64,000 nucleotides of DNA from Candidatus Sumerlaeaceae bacterium (lineage in GTDB: Bacteria > Sumerlaeota > Sumerlaeia > Sumerlaeales > Sumerlaeaceae): NCBI GenBank assembly GCA_049968255.1, contig JBMFRB010000009.1:32001-96000 (forward strand), written 5' to 3'. The stretch's first letter is position 1, and each line of letters begins with the position of its first letter. The position numbers were made by a program, and so were the translations under genes. Shown piece by piece: positions 48,971-57,243 of this stretch. The notes beneath the pieces are model-generated. The model worked only from the letters and a program-made list of their open reading frames with translations. It was not told the DNA's origin and searched no databases.

Positions 48971-49669
48971 TCATTCGGCATCGGGGGCACTCGCGGCCTG
49001 CGAGTTTCCGCTGCGCATGATCCGTTTGTGCACGTATACGTATGCAACGAAAAACATCATGCAGCCAAGGAAAATCCAGAGAAGGTTTTGGTGAATGATC
49101 TCTTTGCCGTGATGGACCAGCTCGGCATAAGTCATGTGTGCGGTTTTTCGTCCGAAGTAGTAGCCGATCCCTGTCAAGATCGCGACCCAAATTCCTGCAC
49201 CGAGACCCGTGCAAATCGTAAATGTCCGCAAGCGCATTCCTGCAATGCCGGCCGGAATCGAGATGAGTTGGCGAATCTCAGGCAGCATGCGACATACGAA
49301 GGTAATGCCCGCGCCATATTCGCGAAAGAGCTCTTCTGCACGTTGCAAGCTCTCCGGCTTCAGGAAAAAAAACTTGCCATATTTGTAGAGAAACGGTCGC
49401 CCCAGCCAGCGTGCAAGATAGTAGTTGACGAAGGCGCCGGTCAGAGATCCGAGCACACCTACAAAAACGGCCATGGCTGCGTCCAGGGGCGGGTTGTGAA
49501 AGGTCAACGCCAGCCGGGCTGCGAGGAAACCTGCGGGAATCATGACCACCTCGCTTGGGAACGGAATGAACGAGCTTTCGATGGTCATGAGCACAAAGAT
49601 AATGACATAACCCCATGTTGGGGCATGCTGAGCGGCCAGCTCGATGTAGCGAATGAGCAGTTCAGTCAC
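48971..49669 (-). CDS. DedA family membrane protein
   Basis: IESSFIPFPSEVVM, G..V.Y..AR..GR and R.LP..RQLISIPAG. Confidence 0.92.
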   Translation of the reverse strand: MTELLIRYIELAAQHAPTWGYVIIFVLMTIESSFIPFPSEVVMIPAGFLAARLALTFHNPPLDAAMAVFVGVLGSLTGAFVNYYLARWLGRPFLYKYGKFFFLKPESLQRAEELFREYGAGITFVCRMLPEIRQLISIPAGIAGMRLRTFTICTGLGAGIWVAILTGIGYYFGRKTAHMTYAELVHHGKEIIHQNLLWIFLGCMMFFVAYVYVHKRIMRSGNSQAASAPDAE

Positions 49670-49910
49670 AGGGTTGTCCTCACGCGTGATTGCGCATTCT
49701 GACTCACTAAATGCGTCAGCACTCGATGATATTCTCCAAAATCGATCAAGAGAATCTCAACTCGTCGTCCTTTTCGCAGCTACTTAGAGCGTTTGACATG
49801 CGTACAATTTGGTGCGTTATTCGACGAATTCGTACACTCAAACCAGAGACATTCCGGCGAACAAGTCCGTAAGTCAATGTTTGTCAATAATCCAATTTGT
49901 TTTTTTCCGC

Positions 49911-49926
49911 TGGCACACGTTGTGCA
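49911..49926 (+). promoter_or_regulatory. Sigma-54 (-24/-12) promoter
   Basis: TGGCACACGTTGTGCA has exact GG-N10-GC spacing and lies 45 nt before an ATG with a GAAAGGAG RBS. Confidence 0.65.
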
Positions 49927-49970
49927 AATCTCTAGCGACAGCACACTCTTACTGAAAGGAGTACCGAAGA

Positions 49971-50231
49971 ATGAGAGCAACCACTCTCGCAGTTGCAGCA
50001 GTTGTCGCGTTGACCGTTGCGGCTTGGGCTGGACCGGGTGCGGGCCAAGGCGGTGCGGATGGCCAAAGGAAAGGTCGTCCTGATGCAGCATGGAAGCATG
50101 GCGCGGCGAGCGATAGCTCGACGACTTGCCCGGCCACCCATGAGCGCAAGCACAAGCGCGAGCATAAGCGCCAGCAAACGCAGACTCAACAGCAGTCTGC
50201 TCAACCGTCTGGCGTGCAGCAAAACCAATAA
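49971..50231 (+). CDS. Small secreted low-complexity protein (Gly-rich, His/Lys/Arg-rich, Gln-rich)
   Basis: RBS AAAGGAG and signal peptide MRATTLAVAAVVALTVAAWA. Confidence 0.7.
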   Translation: MRATTLAVAAVVALTVAAWAGPGAGQGGADGQRKGRPDAAWKHGAASDSSTTCPATHERKHKREHKRQQTQTQQQSAQPSGVQQNQ

Positions 50232-50263
50232 GTAGCACAAATCTGAGTCGAGGAGATGATCCT

Positions 50264-51058
50264 ATGCGGTACGTTACTCTCACAGCGGTGTGCGTCCTTG
50301 CAGCGAGTTCTCTACTCGCTCAACCTGGTGCAGGACGCGCGGAAAGGCGGGGAGAGGCTGGACGCGCTCGGGCAGCGGTGCGGGCTGATCGCGAAACAAC
50401 GCGTCCGCGAGCATGGGAACCGGGCGAGCGAATGCGGGCATTTGCCCAGCGGCGCGATGTTCCCACCTCGCGAATTTTGCAGCGGATGAAAGATTTCCTG
50501 GCTTTGACTCCCGATCAGGAGTCAAAGGCACGTGAAATTCTTGAAAAAGCAAAATCCGAGGTTGGTGAAAGCGTAGGATCACTTCGCGAGCTCGGAGAAA
50601 AAACGCGTGAAAAACTTCGGGAGATTCTCACGGAAGAGCAGCGCATCAAATTGGACAAGCTCCGCAAAGATGCGCGCGAAGTCGGAGCGCAGATGATGCA
50701 GGAGCGCGGCCCACAAATGCGCGAGGCCTTGGGACGGGCCGGAGAAGAAGCACGCTTGCGGATGGCTTTGCGGGCTGTCAATCTCACCGAAGAACAGCGC
50801 AAAAAGGTCCAAGAAATCGAAAAAGAGACCCACGCAAAGCTCCAAGCTATCCAGAACGAGGTCCGACCGAAGATAGAAGCGACACGAGAAGAAGCCAAAA
50901 AGAAGATCGAAGAGATTCTCACGCCTGAGCAGCGAGAACAGCTCAAGAAGGAGCTCGAAAAACTGCCCAAAGCCATGGAGCCTGCTCGCGGTGGTCCGGC
51001 GCACATGCCCGGTCCTCCTGCTCACCCACCTGCGGGTCCGCAGGAACCGGCCATCTAG
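50264..51058 (+). CDS. Spy/CpxP-like periplasmic protein with LTxxQ motifs
   Basis: Signal peptide, GAGGAG RBS, and LTPDQ, LTEEQ, LTEEQ, LTPEQ motifs. Confidence 0.78.
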   Translation: MRYVTLTAVCVLAASSLLAQPGAGRAERRGEAGRARAAVRADRETTRPRAWEPGERMRAFAQRRDVPTSRILQRMKDFLALTPDQESKAREILEKAKSEVGESVGSLRELGEKTREKLREILTEEQRIKLDKLRKDAREVGAQMMQERGPQMREALGRAGEEARLRMALRAVNLTEEQRKKVQEIEKETHAKLQAIQNEVRPKIEATREEAKKKIEEILTPEQREQLKKELEKLPKAMEPARGGPAHMPGPPAHPPAGPQEPAI

Positions 51059-51525
51059 GCCTCTCAGTTGCAGCACAAATGCTTGGGCCGTCTGCTAGCC
51101 CTCGCAGCCAATGAGGCCAGAGCATATCGGTTCCAGAGAATCGCCGGTGGTGCAGGTTGCGCTCCAGGTGACGTTATGCCGGCACCACCGGGGAAGATGC
51201 CGCCCGCGCCGCGTGCGGAGCGACGACAAAAGGTTGCTGACTGCGGTGGCATGCGGGTCTCAGTGCCGTAGGATCGTTGGCCGGCACGGCAAGGTCTTCG
51301 CAAGGTTGCGGTGGAATGTGTTGCATGAAAATCTCCCCCGAGCATCCTGAGTGCTCGTCCCCGCCAAACTGCCCCGGCTCCTCCCACCGGGGCAGTCTCT
51401 TTTAACTCTGTCCGTGGAGGTGAGTCGGGCACGCTTTTTACTTGTCCGTTCCAATACATTTCACTTACGAACATCACCACATTGGGTCGGCAGTGCCGAC
51501 GTGGTAGTTATGGCCCCAACGCCTC

Positions 51526-52497
51526 ATGGGAAGATTCTCAATCATGCGATTTTTCGAACAGACCCGTAAGCTGATTTGCTTGGGTGCCTTTTTTGCCTCG
51601 CTGGTGGAAGGCCTTGCGGTCGTGTCGCCTCATGATGTGGAGCTGGGCGCCCCCGCCGCGCCACTGCAGAACATTGATTGGGTTACGACACCGCCCGCCT
51701 CCCTCGAGTGGGGCAAAATCGGAAAAATTGCCATCGTAGAATTCTGGGCCACCTGGTGTGGGCCATGCCGCATTAGCATTCCGCACCTCGCAGAACTCCA
51801 ACGCAAGTATGCCGCGCAAGGAGTGACAATTGTCGGAATCTCCGACGAGCCGAAAGACACAGTCCAGCAATTCGTTGCCACCCAAGGCGTCAGCATGCCC
51901 TATGCCGTTGGGGTTCAGGCCACGCGGCAGCTTTTCAGATCGTATATGGGAGCGTTCGGGGTTCGCGGTATTCCTCACGCTTTTATTGTTTCGGCTGACG
52001 GCAGGATTCTCTGGCACGGCCACCCCATGATGATGGACAAACCGTTGGAAGACATTATCAGCGGGCGTTATGATTTGGAAAAAGCCCGCCTTGCTGATCG
52101 AGCCCAGCGCGCTCTTAGCAAGCTCCAACATATTCTCACGCGCGGTCCTGCGAGCCAACGCGAGGAGGCGTTGAATGCCATGGCGCAACTCGCCGAGCAG
52201 TTTCAAAGAGATCCCGCCTACGTATCGGAGCTCGCAAAGATCTTACGAGCCACCGCTGTGCTCAATCCTGGACTCTCAGCGCGTTACGTCGACATTGCCC
52301 GCCAGATCTATCGGCGCAATCCCCGTTTGGTAGATGTGGCGGAAGTTTATACCGAGCTTCTTCGCCGCGACGGCCGCACCACGGAAGCCGACCAGATGAC
52401 ACGAACGGTTGTAGAAATGCGAACGAAAAGCCTCGTCCGGCCAGTTCTTCCGCGTCCTGTGGCAAGACAAGAAACTTTTATGTCTCAGTCGCGGTAA
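51526..52497 (+). CDS. TlpA-like thioredoxin/disulfide reductase with helical C-terminal domain
   Basis: VEFWATWCGPC, GIPHAF and W.GHP. Confidence 0.88.
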   Translation: MGRFSIMRFFEQTRKLICLGAFFASLVEGLAVVSPHDVELGAPAAPLQNIDWVTTPPASLEWGKIGKIAIVEFWATWCGPCRISIPHLAELQRKYAAQGVTIVGISDEPKDTVQQFVATQGVSMPYAVGVQATRQLFRSYMGAFGVRGIPHAFIVSADGRILWHGHPMMMDKPLEDIISGRYDLEKARLADRAQRALSKLQHILTRGPASQREEALNAMAQLAEQFQRDPAYVSELAKILRATAVLNPGLSARYVDIARQIYRRNPRLVDVAEVYTELLRRDGRTTEADQMTRTVVEMRTKSLVRPVLPRPVARQETFMSQSR

Positions 52498-52650
52498 TTT
52501 GTTTTCTTCGCGCTGAACGCCGGCGCCTCCTTTCACAGGTTCCCCCTGGCTTTTATCGGTTTCCGAAGATTTCGCTTGCCAAATTTCCTCCCACTGCCTG
52601 CACAATGGCGGTGGTTCTTTTTACGAATGCTCCGAGTGGAGGACAGACGT

Positions 52651-53769
52651 ATGCGTAGGTTTGGCTATGCCGTGGGAATTCTCGCAATTGCCAGTGTCAG
52701 CTTAGCGCAGCAGACGCTTGTGCCGAAAAAAACTTCTCCGATTCGCTCCTGCGAATCGGCGTGGGCTTATCGCCCGCAGGTTGCTGTCTGTCCTCCGGGT
52801 GATAGCAAGGCTCCGATCCCAGTCGAGGAAACGCGCCGCGTGCTCAATGAAATCATGGGCTCGCCGCTGCTCAGCAAATCCATCGCAGAATGGGTGGACC
52901 TCGGCCTTGGTGCTTGCCATGGGCTGAACAAGGAAGATGTGGCGGTGGCGTACTTGCTCATCTCACGCGAGAATCACGGAGCTCCCCATTTGGGTCATTT
53001 CCGTGGCGAAGAGCCAATGTATGCTTCGAGCATAGCCAAGCTCTTCTACGCTGTTGCGGCGTACAAGAAAATGCAGGATCGCTGCATTCGCGACTCGAAG
53101 ATTGAGAGCGATATTGTGGCCATGCTGCGCGACGATGACCACGAGGCGGCCAACCGTGTGGTGGATTTCATCAGCGGCACCGAGTCGGGCAATGAACTGT
53201 CCGGAGGCGATTTCCGCGCCTTTGCTCGTAAGCGCAATTGGGTCAATCGGTACTTTGAAAGCGTCGGTTTCGAAGGCCTCAACGTAAACCAAAAGTTCTG
53301 GATGGACAAGCCGAGCCCGCGCGATCTCCAACTGCTCGGTACGAAGCTCAATCAAAATTACGAGAACAGCAACCGTGTGACCGCGGCGCAGGCCGCTGAG
53401 CTTCTTTACCTTGTTTATGCCGATGCCATCGTCTCCCAACACGCCTGCGAGAAAATCAAAAAGGCAATTGAGCGGCGGGTTGACGATGCGAAGATTGGAC
53501 CCCTGCAAGGTATCGCGGCTGGTTTGCCTAGCGGTTCCAAGATGTGGAACGTGAAGGGTTTCACCTATCAGAACTTCAACGAGGTGGCGCTCGTGGAGCT
53601 TCCCAACGGCCAACTCTACGTGCTGAGCGTGCTCACCCGCTACGCTGATCACGTGAAAAATTTTTCCACTCAGGTCAGCCGGGTCGCCGCCCATCGGGCG
53701 ATGGTACACACGGCTGATGACGATGTGAACAACGCCTATCTGCTTTCGACCCGATCAGGTGCCCAGTGA
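52651..53769 (+). CDS. Serine hydrolase of class A beta-lactamase-like fold (divergent)
   Basis: Signal peptide, MYASSIAKL (SxxK), N..TAAQ.A.LL and GLP.G. Start at the ATG at 52651. Confidence 0.75.
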   Translation: MRRFGYAVGILAIASVSLAQQTLVPKKTSPIRSCESAWAYRPQVAVCPPGDSKAPIPVEETRRVLNEIMGSPLLSKSIAEWVDLGLGACHGLNKEDVAVAYLLISRENHGAPHLGHFRGEEPMYASSIAKLFYAVAAYKKMQDRCIRDSKIESDIVAMLRDDDHEAANRVVDFISGTESGNELSGGDFRAFARKRNWVNRYFESVGFEGLNVNQKFWMDKPSPRDLQLLGTKLNQNYENSNRVTAAQAAELLYLVYADAIVSQHACEKIKKAIERRVDDAKIGPLQGIAAGLPSGSKMWNVKGFTYQNFNEVALVELPNGQLYVLSVLTRYADHVKNFSTQVSRVAAHRAMVHTADDDVNNAYLLSTRSGAQ

Positions 53770-53950
53770 GTAAACTTGGCGCTGTGCTGGGCTGAGTCCG
53801 TGTGCGGCAAATCGCCGACATGGCAGCGGGTGTCGGTTTGCTGGCCCGCCAAACATAGTGCGTGAGCAAGCCGCAACATGGGTGACTCCCCTTGCGCGAG
53901 ACACGCGGCATTGTCGTTGTGCGGCACAGGCCACGAGTGGTTTGGTCTCA

Positions 53951-54424
53951 TCATGATGGCAAATACGTGCCATTTTCCTGCAGCAGGACGCGCACCTCGT
54001 GGCTGAACTCGCTCACGTCACGGAACTGGCGGTAGACGCTGGCGAAGCGAACATAAGCCACTTCGTCCACTTCACGTAGTTTCCTGAGTACGATCTCGCC
54101 AATCTTGAGCGAGCTCACTTCCTTTTCCATGCTGTTGTAGAGTTGCTTCTCCACAAATTGCACGATCCGCTCGACCTGTTCAAGCGTGACGGGGCGCTTT
54201 TCGCATGCGCGGAGGATACCCGCAGCGATTTTTTGTCTGTCGAAAGCCTCACGCTTACCGTCGCGTTTGATGACGACGATGGGAACTTTTTCGACAACTT
54301 CGAAAGTTGTGAATCGGTGTCCGCACTGCAGGCATTCGCGGCGCCTGCGGATGGAATCACCCCGCGGGCTTTGCCGCGAGTTCACAACCTTGCTTTCCGT
54401 GTGGCCGCAAAAGGGGCACAACAT
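53951..54424 (-). CDS. nrdR: Transcriptional repressor NrdR
   Basis: CPFC...SR...IRRRREC..C..RFTTFE, ATP cone VIKRDG.RE.FD and VAYVRFASVY. Confidence 0.97.
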   Translation of the reverse strand: MLCPFCGHTESKVVNSRQSPRGDSIRRRRECLQCGHRFTTFEVVEKVPIVVIKRDGKREAFDRQKIAAGILRACEKRPVTLEQVERIVQFVEKQLYNSMEKEVSSLKIGEIVLRKLREVDEVAYVRFASVYRQFRDVSEFSHEVRVLLQENGTYLPS

Positions 54425-54462
54425 CTATAATCACCTGGGCTCAGTAGGTACAAGATAGGGTA
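54417..54462 (-). promoter_or_regulatory. Tandem NrdR-box-like sites
   Basis: CACAACATCTATAA (54417-54430) and TACAAGATAGGGTA (54449-54462) are offset by 32 bp. The first overlaps the nrdR start codon. Confidence 0.6.
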
Positions 54463-54495
54463 GTTCCGTCAAGCCAATTGTTTCTGGTCAAGGCT

Positions 54496-54548
54496 TTTTC
54501 CACAGAAAGGCGCCCTCCTGTGGAAAAGTTGTGGATGAGTGTGGATAT
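54496..54548. promoter_or_regulatory. Cluster of four DnaA-box-like 9-mers
   Basis: TTTTCCACA (54496), TGTGGAAAA (54519), TGTGGATGA (54530) and TGTGGATAT (54540), each one mismatch from TTATCCACA/TGTGGATAA. Confidence 0.65.
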
Positions 54549-54689
54549 TTCTCACTGCTTTGTCACTTCTCGGGCATAGGCGTTTCGCGCCTGCCTCATC
54601 GAATGAGAGAAAGTTTGCCCCGACCCGACGACAGAGCGCGCGTCGTCGGGTGCAGCGCGAGCCCTGCGCTCGGGGCCGAACGTGCGCCT

Positions 54690-55994
54690 CTATTGCTCCA
54701 CAGCGCAAGCGGGGGCCGCTTTGCGCGTGGTCGGCATGCGATCGAGCCGTCCGAACGCGCGCAGTTCAGGGAAGATTTTTGCGCACACAGCCACAACGAC
54801 AAGCGTCCCGATCCCACCGAGCACCACGGCCGGCACTGTTCCAAAGAGGTGTGCCGTCACACCTGACTCGAACTCGCCGAGGTTGTTTGACGCACCTATG
54901 AAAATGAGGTTTACTGCGCTAACACGTCCTCGCATTTCAGGAGGCGTGACGAGCTGAACCACAGTGTGTCGGATTACTACGCTCACCATGTCCGCCGCAC
55001 CCAGAACCATGAGCGCCGCCATAGAAAGTGGAAAACTTTTCGATAGGCCAAAGACGATCGTCATGAGCCCAAATACGGTGACGGCGCGGAGCATAGCTTT
55101 GCCCGCTTGCTGCATGGGAGGCAAATGCGCGAACACAATGGCCATGACACCTGCGCCGACCGAGGGTGCCGCTCGCAACAGGCCATAACCCATTTCTCCA
55201 ACGCAGAGAATGTCCTTTGCGTAAATCGGCAGCAAAGCCACGGCTCCTCCGAGCAACACTGCAAACAGGTCCAACGTCATGGCCCCCAAAATGATTTTAT
55301 TTTGCCACACATAGCGGAAGCCGGCGAAGAGCGTATCGCACGAAATGGGAGCCTGTTCGAGCCGATCAAGCCGCGTGCGAATGGATGCCATGAAGAAAGC
55401 AGCCGTCAGAGCAAAACCTGCATCCCAAGCATAAACGACCGCGGGATTCTTGAAGAGAGCTAATAGTAATCCCGCAAATGCGGGTCCGGCGATGGAGGCG
55501 AATTGCCACAACGAGGAGTTCCATGCCACCGCATTGCTGAAAATCTCGGTAGGAACAAGGTGCGGCAGCAGCGCTTGGCTAGCTGGTCCAGCGAAAGCAT
55601 GCGCGGTTCCAATAAGAAAAATCAGAGCAAAAATCAGGGGCACTGTGATCAGTCTGGTGTGCGTCAAGACCACCATCGTTGTGGAAAGCAAGGCCAGCAC
55701 GCTCATGCATGTGGCCACGACAAGTTTGCGGTCGTAGCGATCGGCCACGTGACCGGTGACGAGAATCAGCAAAACCGCGGGGAGAAATTGCACCAGGCCA
55801 ATAAAACCCAACGCCAACTTGCTGGAAGTCATCTCGTAAATTTGCCAGGCAACGGTCGTCCCCTGCATCTGCCAGCTTATGACGAAAAGCAGGCGGGCTA
55901 GTTCGAACCGACGAAAATCAGGATAGCGAAACGCAGCAAAGCCTCGGCTCTTAGCCGAGGCACTCGATGATTGGTCACTCGACGGCTCGGGCAT
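54690..55994 (-). CDS. MFS transporter
   Basis: About 12 TM segments, motif A GHVADRYDRK, LDLFAVLLGG and P.EMRGRV. Confidence 0.92.
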   Translation of the reverse strand: MPEPSSDQSSSASAKSRGFAAFRYPDFRRFELARLLFVISWQMQGTTVAWQIYEMTSSKLALGFIGLVQFLPAVLLILVTGHVADRYDRKLVVATCMSVLALLSTTMVVLTHTRLITVPLIFALIFLIGTAHAFAGPASQALLPHLVPTEIFSNAVAWNSSLWQFASIAGPAFAGLLLALFKNPAVVYAWDAGFALTAAFFMASIRTRLDRLEQAPISCDTLFAGFRYVWQNKIILGAMTLDLFAVLLGGAVALLPIYAKDILCVGEMGYGLLRAAPSVGAGVMAIVFAHLPPMQQAGKAMLRAVTVFGLMTIVFGLSKSFPLSMAALMVLGAADMVSVVIRHTVVQLVTPPEMRGRVSAVNLIFIGASNNLGEFESGVTAHLFGTVPAVVLGGIGTLVVVAVCAKIFPELRAFGRLDRMPTTRKAAPACAVEQ

Positions 55995-56100
55995 TTCGCC
56001 AACACTTTACCATGGTGAAAGCATTTCGTGCGAACATGAGCGTTGCGCAACACAAGTGGCGCGAGTTCACAGGAACCATTACTAGTCTTTTTCCCGCGAA

Positions 56101-57165
56101 TCAGAACGGCATAGCCTCGTCAGGTGGTCCGACCTTTAGCTCGCCAGCAAACCCCGGATAAATCAGATAAATCCTGGGGATCGTGGCTTTCTCGACGTAA
56201 CAGGTTACAGGAGCAGTCTCACGTGAGGACGCTGTATCGCGCAAAAAATGGTAAATTCGTTCCACGCCATACTGCTCGCGCCGATCTTCTCCGATGTATT
56301 TCAAGCGTCGTGAAAGCGTGCGTTTTGAGCCCAGGATCTTATAGTCAGCCGTAAGTTCATAAAAAACCTGGCCGTTGTCTTCCGTCACGGTGGTGAGGGC
56401 CACAGTTCCATTGCCGACTTTCAGTCCGTGCCATCGCCACTGCGAGAGTTGGCTATAATCAATTTGGGGAGCGTTTTCCTTCGCAGCAGCGCGCTGCTTT
56501 TCTTGCTCTTCTTCATCATCGGCCACAGGTAACACGCCCAGGCGCTCGCCGATGATTTCTTCATCCATGATGATGTTGGCACTTTCCTTGAGTTTGGTGA
56601 GCACCTGCGACGCTACCTCGCGCAAGCTTTCGCGCACGCCGATGCCTTCTGTGGCCACCGCTTCGAACTCTGCGAATCGCCCGAGGGGATTGAGATGCGC
56701 CCGCAGTTCTTCCACGGGCAGCGCGTTGGGTAAATCCCGCTTGTTATACTGCATCACGAAGGGAACTCGGTCCAAGCTCAAGCCGTACTCGCGCAAATTT
56801 TCCTCGAGGTTTGTCAGGCTCTCAATGTTGTCCTGGAGCCGATCAGCTTGGGAATCAGCCACGAAAACGATGCCATCCACACCGCGAAGCACCAACTTGC
56901 GTGTCGCATTGTAAAAAACCTGACCAGGCACCGTGTAGAGTTGAAACTTCGTTTTGAACCCTTTGACGTCGCCGACATCCAGCGGCAGGAAATCAAAGAA
57001 CAACGTCTGATCCTGTTCGGTTGCCAGCGACACAAGCTGTCCCCGATGTTTTTCTGGAACATTGCTATGCACGAACTGCAGGTTTGTCGTCTTGCCCCCA
57101 AAGCCGGGGCCATAGTAAACAATTTTGCATGCAATTTCACGAAATGCGTAGTTGATGTTGGCCAT
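56101..57165 (-). CDS. mglA: MglA-family small GTPase with C-terminal extension
   Basis: [45 protein letters not shown] and QYNKRDLP. Confidence 0.85.
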   Translation of the reverse strand: MANINYAFREIACKIVYYGPGFGGKTTNLQFVHSNVPEKHRGQLVSLATEQDQTLFFDFLPLDVGDVKGFKTKFQLYTVPGQVFYNATRKLVLRGVDGIVFVADSQADRLQDNIESLTNLEENLREYGLSLDRVPFVMQYNKRDLPNALPVEELRAHLNPLGRFAEFEAVATEGIGVRESLREVASQVLTKLKESANIIMDEEIIGERLGVLPVADDEEEQEKQRAAAKENAPQIDYSQLSQWRWHGLKVGNGTVALTTVTEDNGQVFYELTADYKILGSKRTLSRRLKYIGEDRREQYGVERIYHFLRDTASSRETAPVTCYVEKATIPRIYLIYPGFAGELKVGPPDEAMPF

Positions 57166-57243
57166 AATTGCGCCTCGCGCTTGATGCGCTACCTTATTTC
57201 AATTCGATTCAACTAGCAGGGCGACGGTAGTAAAGCGCAAAAG

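Noticed and set aside
51060-51525. Short ORFs in the spacer between the Spy-like gene and tlpA
   Set aside because: Several overlapping frames with no RBS or motif support.
54490-54560. oriC
   Set aside because: Only four boxes, no evident AT-rich unwinding element and no dnaA, dnaN or gidA context. Kept as a regulatory cluster instead.
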